DNA of 52,090 nt from a virus (lineage: Duplodnaviria; Caudoviricetes), in IMG/VR virus record IMGVR_UViG_3300025697_000033, positions 1 to 52,090 of that record; one strand, written 5' to 3'. A model generated the notes under the pieces. That model did no database searches and was not told the origin of the DNA. It was given only the letters and a program-made list of their open reading frames with translations. Of this stretch, positions 18,689-28,466 are shown one piece after another. The stretch's first letter is position 1, and every line of letters begins with the position of its first letter. The translations under genes and the position numbers were made by a program.

Positions 18689-19470
18689 GCTTCCTCCTTC
18701 GCTTCCGCCGTTTCGTCCGCCCATTCCTGGGTCAGTGGTTTCAGGAACGCCGCCTCCCGCGCATTCTTGATGTAGGTTACTGAGCATCGACATCCTACAT
18801 GTTGCGGGTTTTCCATCGCACCACTGACGAACGCTTCCTTTATTGGTATCGGCCCTTGCGCCTCATTGGCTTGGCATTCGTCCGACACGCGCCTGTCACC
18901 GGAGCTTTGCCATATCTTAAACTGGTCGCCATTTTTTTCCGCATCCAGCCGCTCGCCTTTGCTCAATGCAATAGCCGTCTCCGTTCGCGCAATAGTGGTG
19001 CGCCGATCTCGCAGCAGGCTTTGGAACTTCGCCTCTACGCTGGCCGTTATCCGCGCATCCGACAGGTCGCTGGCCTCCGCCTCCGCCACGAATTTCAGAA
19101 ACGTCTTCGCCCTCGGCGCGTCCAGCCCTTGCACTTGGTCTAGGCGCGTGGCTATCTGTCGCGGCCCTAAGCCCTCCAGGAGGCCATCTGATATCGTCTG
19201 TCCCATGCTGGCAAGGTTACTGGCGGCAACAGTGCGTAGAAGCGAGTCTGCCGCCGTCACAGCCAAGTCCTCGGCGGCCACCAACACGTCAGCGCCCACC
19301 ACGCCGGTTAGTTGGCTCTGGATCGCCGTGTAGTACTGCTCCACGATTGCGGCCCGTTGCGCGTCGTTCTGTGTGAAGAGGTAGGCGGATAGCGCGTCCA
19401 CGTCAGCCTGCTCAAACAGGTCAAGCGCGGCCACCATTTCAGCGAGTTCCGCTTGGGTCAGTTCAGCCAT
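18685..19470 (-). CDS. Minor head morphogenesis protein (SPP1 gp7/Mu F family)
   Basis: TIARTET, KIWQSSGDRRVSDEC, PQHVGCRC motifs. Confidence 0.9.
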   Translation of the reverse strand: MAELTQAELAEMVAALDLFEQADVDALSAYLFTQNDAQRAAIVEQYYTAIQSQLTGVVGADVLVAAEDLAVTAADSLLRTVAASNLASMGQTISDGLLEGLGPRQIATRLDQVQGLDAPRAKTFLKFVAEAEASDLSDARITASVEAKFQSLLRDRRTTIARTETAIALSKGERLDAEKNGDQFKIWQSSGDRRVSDECQANEAQGPIPIKEAFVSGAMENPQHVGCRCSVTYIKNAREAAFLKPLTQEWADETAEAKEEA

Positions 19471-20900
19471 TAGTTGTCATTCCTACGCGCCACAGTGCGG
19501 GCCAGTATCCCTGTCCGCGCAATCTCTCCCGCAATATCTGGCGTTTGAACCACACCCTCAAACGCAGGTTGCACGTCACTGGCCGATGGGGGAACGCCAG
19601 CGCGGGCTTGTGGAGCCGGGGTGCCCACGACATTCGCCGCCATGTCTTTCTCAAGCTCTTCAAGTTCCGCCTCTGTGACCCCTTCCTTGCGAAGCAAAGT
19701 CTTGAGCGGATACCCTGCCTGGGTATTAAGCACCAGCGTCCGCGCCTTGGTCTCGGGCTGCATCGTGTGCGGATCTTTCCACACCACGTCGATCAAGTCC
19801 TTGTCTGCCGCCGTCTCTTTGATTTTGAGCGCGAACGCCATCGCATCCACCCATGCGCGTTCAAGGTCTACTTCGTAGTTTTCCACCTTGGCCACGAGCG
19901 GCCCATCCTTCACACGCAATGCTTCCCCACTTAATGCACTGCCTGCGCTGCCTGCGCTGCCCTTGAACACATAAAGGGGTGTGCCTGATTGAGAGCTCAG
20001 AGATTCCTCCATGCTTTCAATGGGTTTCAGGTAGGCGTTTGGATCTCCTGAATCAAACGTGCCGAACGCGGACGCTTGATCGCCTTGAGCGCTTGGCGGA
20101 ATCTTTACCATTGTACCTGGGCTGACTTTTGTCTTTCCGTCCGCAAAGTTTCCAATCGCCCACCGCTGCGGCCATCCTGTGTACTCTGCCGACACCATCA
20201 TATCGTTGAGGAGTTTGTTGATCGCGTCTTGCAACGAAATCACACCCCGCGTCAAATCGCCCACAGGTTCCCGGTCAGTTAGCCGGAATTGAAACAGCGG
20301 GATTGTCTCGAACTTGTTGTCATCGGTTTCGCCGAGCTCGAATCCGCCGCCGTCGGAGTTCGGCGCTTTGGATGCGGAGTAATGCTCAATGCGGTCCGTG
20401 TAGTAGAGGTTCAGGCGCCACACCTCGCCCGCAGGACCATGTTCAATCCAACGTTTGCAACCTAAGCGCGGCGTGTATGGATCGGCGCCCTCATAAAAAA
20501 CGTGTGCCTGGGAAGCGGCTTGGCAAAACGCTTTCACGTCGCCCTCTTCATCCGGCCACACCATGAGATAGCCTTCGCCTGTCACCAAGACAGATTGATG
20601 GATCTTTGTCATAGAGCGACTAAACACGTCTTTCCAGATTGTCCCGATTTCGTCCCGGATTGTGTCATCCTTGGGGTACTTCCACGCATCCACGGCGATC
20701 CGGTTCTGCGTGGTGTCAACCACCACAATGCACTCGTTGCGGACGAACACAGCGCCTTTTTTAACCACTTCGCTGAACTTGTCGTTTGTCCAAGCTAGGG
20801 GCTGGTCGCCGTCGTAATAGTTCCACAGCATGGAGTTTTTGCTGCTTTTCGCGTTCATTGTGTCCACGCAAAGCGCAACGTCTGAATTTTGATGGGCCAT
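19470..20900 (-). CDS. Portal protein, SPP1 gp6-like
   Basis: NYYDGDQ, LQDAINK, AEYTGWPQRW, LSGEALR motifs. Confidence 0.92.
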   Translation of the reverse strand: MAHQNSDVALCVDTMNAKSSKNSMLWNYYDGDQPLAWTNDKFSEVVKKGAVFVRNECIVVVDTTQNRIAVDAWKYPKDDTIRDEIGTIWKDVFSRSMTKIHQSVLVTGEGYLMVWPDEEGDVKAFCQAASQAHVFYEGADPYTPRLGCKRWIEHGPAGEVWRLNLYYTDRIEHYSASKAPNSDGGGFELGETDDNKFETIPLFQFRLTDREPVGDLTRGVISLQDAINKLLNDMMVSAEYTGWPQRWAIGNFADGKTKVSPGTMVKIPPSAQGDQASAFGTFDSGDPNAYLKPIESMEESLSSQSGTPLYVFKGSAGSAGSALSGEALRVKDGPLVAKVENYEVDLERAWVDAMAFALKIKETAADKDLIDVVWKDPHTMQPETKARTLVLNTQAGYPLKTLLRKEGVTEAELEELEKDMAANVVGTPAPQARAGVPPSASDVQPAFEGVVQTPDIAGEIARTGILARTVARRNDN

Positions 20901-20912
20901 TGGTCTATCCTT

Positions 20913-21200
20913 TTATTCGGCAGAATTCTTTTTTCTTCCGAGAATCTTATAACGCTTATTCTGCCAGTCAATTGCTAACTGATATTCCCCTGGAGGCAAA
21001 CTCGGCCTTTCGTCAAGTGCCATCCATTCTGTCTGGTGCTCGATGTTTCGGTGCGCCACTCGTTGCGGCACTCGTTGCGGCGCCTCCGGTTCTGTGGGGG
21101 CAATGTCTTGAGGCACAGGCTCAACCGCTTTCGCAACCGGCACCACCGCGCCAAGCCCTAACGCGGCCATGCAGCTTTGGATGAATGTTCTGCGTTTCAT
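20913..21200 (-). CDS. Small protein with twin-arginine-like signal peptide
   Basis: MKRRTFIQSCMAALGLGAVVPVAKA; AGGAG upstream. Confidence 0.6.
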   Translation of the reverse strand: MKRRTFIQSCMAALGLGAVVPVAKAVEPVPQDIAPTEPEAPQRVPQRVAHRNIEHQTEWMALDERPSLPPGEYQLAIDWQNKRYKILGRKKNSAE

Positions 21201-21283
21201 GATTCATCGATCTCCTTTTGGTGCCATTGCGTCAATTTTGTTTTCGATTGTTTCTGCGTCTTGTCCGCTCATATCATTCCTCC

Positions 21284-22534
21284 TCAATCGCAAACCATCG
21301 GCTGTGGAGACCGTTGGTGCAATTCCAATATTGCGTACACAAACCAGTCGAGCCTGTTCGGGCTTGCGCCGTAGCCCTCGTAGTTGCAAAGCTCATCTTC
21401 AAGTTCGGGAAACACGCCGACATGATGTATCCGGTGCTGCTCTGACAGCGTGGCCACCGGCTCAGCGCGAACAAGTTTGCCTCGGCTGGCGTGAATACCT
21501 CTACATGGTACGGTAGCATCTGCCGTTTTAATTGTCAATCTCACCATTTCGCCGCCCTGGTTTGTTTCGTAGACCATCGCGTCCGCTTTGTGCTTGTGGT
21601 ATAGCGCACACGCCGCCCGCGCCCAGGTCAACGGGGAGCCTTGAAGCGAGTCGTCATCCAGCACATAGTAGTCGCCATCCACGCCTTTGCCTGCCGCGCC
21701 TATGCCCGCCTCGTCGCCCTCCGTGGTGCAGGACGGGTCTATCGCAACCACGATGCGCACAAGCTCGGGCAACTTGTCTTTGGTGATGCGGTCCCGGTCA
21801 ATCTGACTCCGCTTCCAGAGCGCGGTGTCTGAATCCTCCAGATACTTGCCCTCCAGAAACCGCATGCGCTTGCGCCGTGGCAGGCTGCCGAGCCGGTTCT
21901 CGATGTAGCCCTCGGGCAGGTTCTCCGCGTTGTGGATTGGGTTCATCAGCATGCAATCATACATAGCCCGGTCAAGCGGCGTGTTCGTCTCGGGGTCGAT
22001 GTGTTTGATAAACATCGCATAGGACCAGTGTTTTTTCGTGCTCGGGTTGCAGTCGAAGAAGGCGCGGAGTTTCAGCCCGCAGTTTTGTGCAAGCCGGGTC
22101 AGGGCGGTAGTCATGGAATCGTAGGAGATCTCGGTGCATTCATTAAAATGCATCGAGACGTATTCCTTGCCGAGGATCTTGTCGGCGCGATCCTTGTCGT
22201 CCAGGCCGCCGATCCAAAGCTCGGAGCCATTGGCGAAAGATACGAACCAATCTGACTTATTGATCGTGTAGGGAACCCTCGGGAATGCAAGCGCCATCAT
22301 TTTGGGAAGCGTGTCGAAGGCAACTGCTTGCTTGGCCGCGCTGAACGTCTTGCGCAGAACGACATGCCGGGAACCCGGCGCCTTGAGCGCCCTATACACC
22401 ATGAGCCACAGGATGATGAACGTCTTGCCGCTGCGAGAGCCGCCGTAAAGCAGGATGTTCTCAGCTTGCGCCTTGGCCACGTCCACCGCGTCCTGCTGGC
22501 GAGTTGTGCGCTTATAGGGCATTTGTAGACTCAA
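21284..22534 (-). CDS. terL: Terminase large subunit
   Basis: Walker A YGGSRSGKT, HFNEC Walker B, DCNP motif, nuclease VVAIDP and SPNRLD. Confidence 0.95.
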   Translation of the reverse strand: MSLQMPYKRTTRQQDAVDVAKAQAENILLYGGSRSGKTFIILWLMVYRALKAPGSRHVVLRKTFSAAKQAVAFDTLPKMMALAFPRVPYTINKSDWFVSFANGSELWIGGLDDKDRADKILGKEYVSMHFNECTEISYDSMTTALTRLAQNCGLKLRAFFDCNPSTKKHWSYAMFIKHIDPETNTPLDRAMYDCMLMNPIHNAENLPEGYIENRLGSLPRRKRMRFLEGKYLEDSDTALWKRSQIDRDRITKDKLPELVRIVVAIDPSCTTEGDEAGIGAAGKGVDGDYYVLDDDSLQGSPLTWARAACALYHKHKADAMVYETNQGGEMVRLTIKTADATVPCRGIHASRGKLVRAEPVATLSEQHRIHHVGVFPELEDELCNYEGYGASPNRLDWFVYAILELHQRSPQPMVCD

Positions 22535-22943
22535 TGGTTTCTCCGCGCAGCATGGCGCTGAAGATTCGGGTGGCTTCGGTTTGCGCCCCGTCTATATCTT
22601 GCCCAACATTCCTTCTGTTAAATATCTCAATTTCAAAAACGCTTACACTAAAACCCCACCCGCCGCCATCTAGTGGCATTAGTTCTGTTTTAAATTCTCC
22701 CCAGCTTGCTTCCCTCGATATTTCGCCGCCATAGGGATCTTTATGCTCATCCCACTCCAGCTCAACATCCTTCGGTTCGGCAAGATCAAGAAGCACCGAC
22801 AAAACAGGCTCTAAATCAATGCCATGCTCCGCTTTTATGTCGCGCAAGAATGCAAGGCCCGCCTCACCTTGCCATTGGTTGCGGAGGTATTTTACTATCC
22901 ATTCTGGCGTCCGCTCTTCCGCTCTTTCCTCATCTGTTTTCAT
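22512..22943 (-). CDS. Hypothetical protein
   Basis: 143 aa ORF in operon orientation. Confidence 0.55.
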   Translation of the reverse strand: MKTDEERAEERTPEWIVKYLRNQWQGEAGLAFLRDIKAEHGIDLEPVLSVLLDLAEPKDVELEWDEHKDPYGGEISREASWGEFKTELMPLDGGGWGFSVSVFEIEIFNRRNVGQDIDGAQTEATRIFSAMLRGETIESTNAL

Positions 22944-22960
22944 TGCATTTAGCCCTTCGT

Positions 22961-23944
22961 TTATAGATTATCGTCATCATTCAAGCATGCCTGCTCTTGT
23001 GCCTCAGCTTCGGCCACTTCGGCTTCCCATTCTGCGTCTTTGGCTTGGGTTTTTAGCCGCCTATAATCCTCCATCGGAATGATGGCATATCCATCAAGCT
23101 GAGGATGAATATAGTCCCCGTCTAATTCAAAGATAGTTTCGCGGTCCCGCCCCACAATTAGGCAGTTCCTGACATACGCCTTTTCGCTCTGCATTGATTG
23201 ACCCTCATTGTTTGGCATTGATCGATCTCCCTGTTGGTGCTGGTTGGTTAATGTGTGCTTGTCTTGCTCCGCTTTCGGCGTCGTCCACACGGCAGGAGAT
23301 TCTGGATCTCCTGCTAGATCTTTGATGTAGGCGACATATTCTGAGTCTGTTTCCCCTTGGCGGTACACCTTACACCCTGCAGCAATCGCCTCTATAGCCG
23401 CCGGGTTCAACGCTTCGCCACCAACTCTTTTTTGCACAGGGTTTTTGCTGTTTGCCTTGTCAGTCCCTTGCGTTGCGCCTTCCATTGCCCGAATCGCGGC
23501 GTTTCGCATATTCCCGAGGATCCATTCTCCACGCACACTATTGCACTTGGCCTTAATGATGTTGTCCACCCCAATCATTTGCCCAGGCCTGTCTGTTTCC
23601 TCCAGGATGTCATAAACGTAGCTGACAAGCATGATGGCTTCGGGTATGTCCGTCGGGCTCTCTTTCACAACCCTTGCAATGTCCGCGCCTTTGCTGTTTG
23701 CTTTATCAGTCTCCTCCACTACCCCTTCCCTCTTGATCGGCGGGTTCTGCTCAAACCAAAGCAGTTTGGCCTTACACAGCAACTGCCTGTATATGTGAAT
23801 TCTGTCGGTGCCCTCTTGCGTCCATCGATCCCTTAACCCTCCGAGCTCTCCGTCGATCCATCCCCGGATTTCTTCGATGTGTTCTGCCAGCGTCTGTTGA
23901 TCTTGGCTCGGCTTTGCTTGTTCCGCCTCTTTCCATTCAAGCAT
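22961..23944 (-). CDS. Hypothetical protein (mosaic; internal RBS/start near 23218)
   Basis: 327 aa; TDKANSK occurs twice; GGAGA RBS. Confidence 0.55.
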   Translation of the reverse strand: MLEWKEAEQAKPSQDQQTLAEHIEEIRGWIDGELGGLRDRWTQEGTDRIHIYRQLLCKAKLLWFEQNPPIKREGVVEETDKANSKGADIARVVKESPTDIPEAIMLVSYVYDILEETDRPGQMIGVDNIIKAKCNSVRGEWILGNMRNAAIRAMEGATQGTDKANSKNPVQKRVGGEALNPAAIEAIAAGCKVYRQGETDSEYVAYIKDLAGDPESPAVWTTPKAEQDKHTLTNQHQQGDRSMPNNEGQSMQSEKAYVRNCLIVGRDRETIFELDGDYIHPQLDGYAIIPMEDYRRLKTQAKDAEWEAEVAEAEAQEQACLNDDDNL

Positions 23945-24095
23945 TTGGTTTCTCCCGCGATATACGCCGGTCGTAGTCTTCCTTGAGCTCTACAGTGAAT
24001 GTTCCTTCCTTGGCGTCGGCGCAGACATGGTGCTCTCCCACTCTTAGGGCAATCGCTTCCCCGGCCTTGTGCTGCTTCAAATAGATAGTGCTCAT
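23937..24095 (-). CDS. Small hypothetical protein (52 aa)
   Basis: AAGGAGG RBS, MSTIYLKQHKAGE..., fills the gap after terS. Confidence 0.55.
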   Translation of the reverse strand: MSTIYLKQHKAGEAIALRVGEHHVCADAKEGTFTVELKEDYDRRISREKPNA

Positions 24096-24104
24096 GCTTC
24101 CTCC

Positions 24105-24500
24105 TTAGATGTCATCGTGATCCGGGTCTTTCCACACGACGGTTTGCGTGGCGTCAATCTTCGCGGGCGCGTCGAGGCCCATCACCTTGGAGCGGCGCTC
24201 CATGATGCGCACCACGGTATTAGCCGCTTGAGAGTCCCCGCCCTTAGCCCTTGCCCATTGGCCCAGCAACAGCCCATCCAGGCGCTCCAACTCCATCTCT
24301 CGCACGTCTTCAATGGTTTGCTCCATGTCTTTGCGCATCTTGCCGAGGTTCTTGGTGATGCACTCATATGCGTATTGCGGGCTGAATCCAAGCGCCGCGC
24401 CTATCTGCTTGTAGGTCGCGCCCGCCTTGCGCATCTCGAAAGCCTTGTGCGCTTTCTCTGCCGCCTTCACGTTGCGCGGCTGCGTCTTTGACTTAGCCAT
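24105..24500 (-). CDS. terS: Terminase small subunit (HTH type)
   Basis: AFEMRKAGATYKQIGAALG HTH; ELERLD and ERRSKVMGLDAP motifs. Confidence 0.8.
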   Translation of the reverse strand: MAKSKTQPRNVKAAEKAHKAFEMRKAGATYKQIGAALGFSPQYAYECITKNLGKMRKDMEQTIEDVREMELERLDGLLLGQWARAKGGDSQAANTVVRIMERRSKVMGLDAPAKIDATQTVVWKDPDHDDI

Positions 24501-24672
24501 GGGGGGGCTCCTTTCGCCAGCTTGTCCGTTGCGCATACCTTATTCCCTTTGTCCGCAAAAGCTGTTCCACTCTTTTTCTTGCTGCATCATTCCCTTCCCT
24601 CATTCTCGAGGTAAAACACCTTATCAGCATCCATGGAATTCCGAATAGCGCTGCTATGACTAAAATATCCAT
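24493..24672 (-). CDS. Inserted small membrane protein (59 aa)
   Basis: MDILVIAALFGIPWMLIRCF...EPPHG; GGAGA RBS; flanked by an 18-bp direct repeat. Confidence 0.55.
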   Translation of the reverse strand: MDILVIAALFGIPWMLIRCFTSRMREGNDAARKRVEQLLRTKGIRYAQRTSWRKEPPHG

Positions 24673-24694
24673 TCAGTGTCTCCCTGTCTTTGAC

Positions 24695-25951
24695 TTAGCC
24701 ATGAGCGGCCTCCAATACCGGGGTGCCTTTAGTTGCATCCGCCCACCGCTGCAAAGTCACCGCGACATAGCCGGGATCAATCTCGATACCCCTGCACTTG
24801 CGCCCAAGGCGCTCACAGGCGATGAGCGTGGTGCCGCTGCCGATGTATATGTCAGCCACCACGTCACCCGCCTTACTGTTGTTTAGTAGCGCATTCTCCA
24901 CCAATTCAACAGGCTTCATGGTTGGGTGCTGCTTTGCTGCCCGAGGCCTGTCAATCTCCCACACGCTGGTCTTGTGCTGTCCTTTGCCATAATAGTGATG
25001 CTTTTTGCACCAAGTGAGCAGAATGGGTTCATGTTGATAATCGTAGTCGAGCCGCCCCATAGAAAACGTGGGTTGGTTTTTCTTCCAAATAAGCACATGT
25101 CTGACTGTTAGGCCCGCTTCTTGCATCATCATCATCATCATGCCAAGGTCGCCGCCCTGCGGGGCCGTGGTAAAATAGGTGCATTCGGGAGATGCTGCCA
25201 TGCGCAGGTTCTGGAATGCAGGCACCAACATCTCTTTGAGCTTGGCTGGCGATAAAGCATCATCCTTGATGTCTGTTAAACACCTTCCAGAAGGCTGGAA
25301 AGTGTTTAACATTCTATTCTTCGCGCCTATATCCACCCCATACGGAGGGTCTGTAAATACCATCAGCGGCTTGTCCTTGCTCATCACCCGCGCCATGTCC
25401 TCCTGTTTCGCGCTGTCCCCACATAGCAGCCGATGCTCCCCGAGCGTCCAAAGTTGCCCTTTTTTCGTCTTCCACTTCTTTTGAAGCTCATCGGCGATGG
25501 TTATTTGCGGCTCCGCGTCCTCGCACGTCGGCTCAAGCCCATCCAGCACGCCCGCTTCTTCCGCCAGCCCCTCCAGCATTTCCTGCACCGCCGCGCTTCC
25601 GCTGTTCACGTCCTGCAACAAAGCGCCCAGCATTTCCGCGTCCGCCTCGGCTAAAGCACCTAATGGGTCAACCGTCGCCAGCAGGTATTCCGCTTCTTTT
25701 TCGGTGACATCCAGCACCAACGCGGGGATCTCCATATCCGGCGTGGTCTCTGCCCGTAGGTGCCCGTCGATGAGCATGTAGCCTTTGCGTGTCTTGCGCA
25801 CCAGCACGGCCCCGGCGAAGCCTATCTCGCTGAGCACGCCTCTAAGCGCGTCCTGTTGCGCCTGGGGATGCTTTCGCCAGTTCTTTGGGTGCGGTATAAG
25901 CTCCCCGGCCTTGACGCGCTTGAATTCCTTTACGCGGTCTTTGATCTTCAT
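24695..25951 (-). CDS. ParB-like N-domain plus N6/N4 DNA methyltransferase
   Basis: HPKNWRKH and LIDGHLR; LLCGDS, FTDPPYG, HPTMKPVEL, D.YIGSGTT motifs. Confidence 0.92.
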   Translation of the reverse strand: MKIKDRVKEFKRVKAGELIPHPKNWRKHPQAQQDALRGVLSEIGFAGAVLVRKTRKGYMLIDGHLRAETTPDMEIPALVLDVTEKEAEYLLATVDPLGALAEADAEMLGALLQDVNSGSAAVQEMLEGLAEEAGVLDGLEPTCEDAEPQITIADELQKKWKTKKGQLWTLGEHRLLCGDSAKQEDMARVMSKDKPLMVFTDPPYGVDIGAKNRMLNTFQPSGRCLTDIKDDALSPAKLKEMLVPAFQNLRMAASPECTYFTTAPQGGDLGMMMMMMQEAGLTVRHVLIWKKNQPTFSMGRLDYDYQHEPILLTWCKKHHYYGKGQHKTSVWEIDRPRAAKQHPTMKPVELVENALLNNSKAGDVVADIYIGSGTTLIACERLGRKCRGIEIDPGYVAVTLQRWADATKGTPVLEAAHG

Positions 25952-26451
25952 GCACACCCCCTCGAGAATTCGATAGCGCCCGTGCTTAGCGCATACGTCG
26001 CCGCATTCCGCGCATGTGGGCAAACTGTTTCTCGGACTATTAGGCGCAAGATGTCGCCTCGAAACTTATCCTCAAGGCTGTGTGCCGCCTCTGGGTCGTC
26101 GGCCACTGCGGATATGCCCTTCAATTGCTTTTGCGCCCATTCTTTCACGCCTACTTGTCGCCTAAGCATATCCATAACACCAAGCAGCCTGAACGCTTCC
26201 TTGTCGAGCCAGTATTGCGCCGCCCGCTTCGCCTCTTCCTCAGAATCGTAGTAAGGCCACTTCCCGACTAGATTGTCGCCGCATTCAGAACAGTACTCGC
26301 GCTTAAGACGGCATTCCACCGTCCATTTGTGCCCCCTCGGAATCACCAGAACACTGTCGATCAGCTTTGAGCCTTTCACCTCCGCGCTGATTTGAACCAA
26401 TAGCGAATGCCCTTCACGCTCTCTGATTTCATCTTTCCAGGTTAGCTTCAT
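25948..26451 (-). CDS. Hypothetical protein
   Basis: ATGA-coupled to methyltransferase; contains CSECG. Confidence 0.55.
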   Translation of the reverse strand: MKLTWKDEIREREGHSLLVQISAEVKGSKLIDSVLVIPRGHKWTVECRLKREYCSECGDNLVGKWPYYDSEEEAKRAAQYWLDKEAFRLLGVMDMLRRQVGVKEWAQKQLKGISAVADDPEAAHSLEDKFRGDILRLIVRETVCPHARNAATYALSTGAIEFSRGCA

Positions 26452-26951
26452 GCTATCGCATCCCTTATCTCCCGATCTCTGTGAATCTCCCACATGACGA
26501 TCTCTTGGATGCACCGTTGCAACTCAACGACGTGCCCACTGTCAACTTTGCCGGGGTTCTGCTTCATGTGGACAATCGCGTACCGTAAGTCCCGTTCAAG
26601 TTTTTCCTTGTATTCATTCACATCCATCTTGTTTTTCCTCCCGTCATCTTCCCTTGGTTTCAGCTTACCTACTTCGCTTTCGGCGTTTTAACCCACACAT
26701 AGCCGCCTTGCTCCACGAACGGCGGCCCACAAACAAAGTCCACAATGACCTCTCGCCGCTGCCATGTAATCGTGCCCACCAGCACAACCAACAGGACGGC
26801 ACAAACCCACTTCGCCATTTTGTTGAGCCTATTCATCATGCGCCACATGCAATATCCTCCGTGCGCCCTGTTTTATGAAACAAACCACCACCCGAAACGC
26901 GGCGCGTGCGACCCTGACCAAGCCTGTGAGAATTTCCATTATGCCCTCGGG

Positions 26952-28466
26952 TTACGCAACAATCTGCTCGTCCGGGTTGTCAAATGTGAAATTGTCTTTT
27001 AGCGTGACGAAGTAGTACGTCCCCGCCTCAAGATGGAAGGTGGCGATCCCGAGCGCGTTGCTCACTTGCTGGTCAAGCGCCACCGCAAGCGCGGAGGTTG
27101 GATACACCGTCACTGTGGCGTTTGGGATCACGGTGACGTCATCATCTTCTGTTACTGGATATTCATAGATGATCTGCCCGTTGATGTCGCGCTTAGAAAG
27201 TTGCGCCACGCTGCCGTCCACTGGAGAGCTTAAGGTGGTGTCCGTGTCAATAAACTCATTTATTAGAGGCAGCGCGTCAACACCCGCGATAATTAGAACT
27301 TGGTTTGCCGCCGTGGCATCGCCTCCGGTGCCGCTTGGCGCTTCTTCAAGAGCCTTCTCGGTGAGCCTGTCGCCCGTGCTGTCTTCAATAAGCGCATCCA
27401 TACGCTGCGTGTCCACATACACGTCCGCGATAGCCGCGTCTGTCGCAGTGAGGTCCGTGTTAGTCGTCGTCGTCGTCACCAACGTTACCACCGCCACGTC
27501 ATCATTGGCAGGATCGAAGTCCTTCAACGCGCCAATCAACCCCGGCACGTCATCCGTCTGCAATTCGTTCGTGTCTGCCACAATGGCAATTAACTGCGTC
27601 GAATTGGAATCCATCTCCTGGCGATTCTGCACCGCCGTCGGGGGCTCTGTCACCATGTCCGTGTTAGTCGTCGTCGTCGTCACCAACGTTACCACCGCAA
27701 CGTCATCATTCGCCGCGTCAAAATCGTTCAACGCCGCCACCGTCGCCTCAAGCGCCGTATTTGAAGCCAACGCCGCGCTATTCGTGCCCACCATGTCATC
27801 ATTCAGCGTGCATTGATCTACAAGGTCAATGCTATGGGTGACCGGGTTGTATCCCGTATCCACTAAATCTTTGAGGTCAGTAACGGAAGTCGCGTCTGTC
27901 TTTATCTTCGTGAGGTTGGCTTCTACTTCGCCTGTAGTTACCGCAACCGCCAAGTCGCCGAAGTTCGTCGGCTGGTTTGCATAGGCATCACCGGTCTGGT
28001 CTACGCTTGCAGCCGTGAACACCGGGGATGCCACGTCATAGAACTTCTTGAACGCCGCCGCCAGATAGCCGCTCACAGACTCCGTAAGCGCAGTCCCGTG
28101 AATCTTTGTCAGGTCAGATGTCACCGCGTCCACATCCAGAGCGCCCGTGCCAGCCGTCCGCACCAACACGCTTCCGCAGAAGCCCGCCGGGTTGACGGTG
28201 GAGATCGTCAACGTGCAAAACACGGCGTATTCACCCGCAGCATAGCCGGTGGTGTCAATGGCTATCTCGTGCAGGCCATCGGTATAGTTGGCGCCCGTCA
28301 ACAGCGTGGGCGTTCCCGAAGCTGTAGGTGCAGCCCCAGCCGCCGCTCCAGCCAAGCGCACATCATAAAGAGGAGTCGCGCCGTCGCCCGCAGCGCCCGC
28401 CGTGGTGTTGGCTGCAAACCAGAAGTAGACTGTATCGGCAATTTCTGCGTATTTATACTGAGACAT
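26952..28466 (-). CDS. Putative virion structural protein with internal repeat
   Basis: 504 aa acidic, Thr/Ala-rich; DFD.ANDDVAVVTLVTTTTTNTD twice; C-terminal Cna-B/carboxypeptidase-regulatory-like segment. Confidence 0.55.
   Translation of the reverse strand: MSQYKYAEIADTVYFWFAANTTAGAAGDGATPLYDVRLAGAAAGAAPTASGTPTLLTGANYTDGLHEIAIDTTGYAAGEYAVFCTLTISTVNPAGFCGSVLVRTAGTGALDVDAVTSDLTKIHGTALTESVSGYLAAAFKKFYDVASPVFTAASVDQTGDAYANQPTNFGDLAVAVTTGEVEANLTKIKTDATSVTDLKDLVDTGYNPVTHSIDLVDQCTLNDDMVGTNSAALASNTALEATVAALNDFDAANDDVAVVTLVTTTTTNTDMVTEPPTAVQNRQEMDSNSTQLIAIVADTNELQTDDVPGLIGALKDFDPANDDVAVVTLVTTTTTNTDLTATDAAIADVYVDTQRMDALIEDSTGDRLTEKALEEAPSGTGGDATAANQVLIIAGVDALPLINEFIDTDTTLSSPVDGSVAQLSKRDINGQIIYEYPVTEDDDVTVIPNATVTVYPTSALAVALDQQVSNALGIATFHLEAGTYYFVTLKDNFTFDNPDEQIVA

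Noticed and set aside
25123-25142. (ATG)6 run as a phase-variable tract
   Set aside because: It is an in-frame triplet repeat encoding poly-Met, so length changes would not shift the frame.
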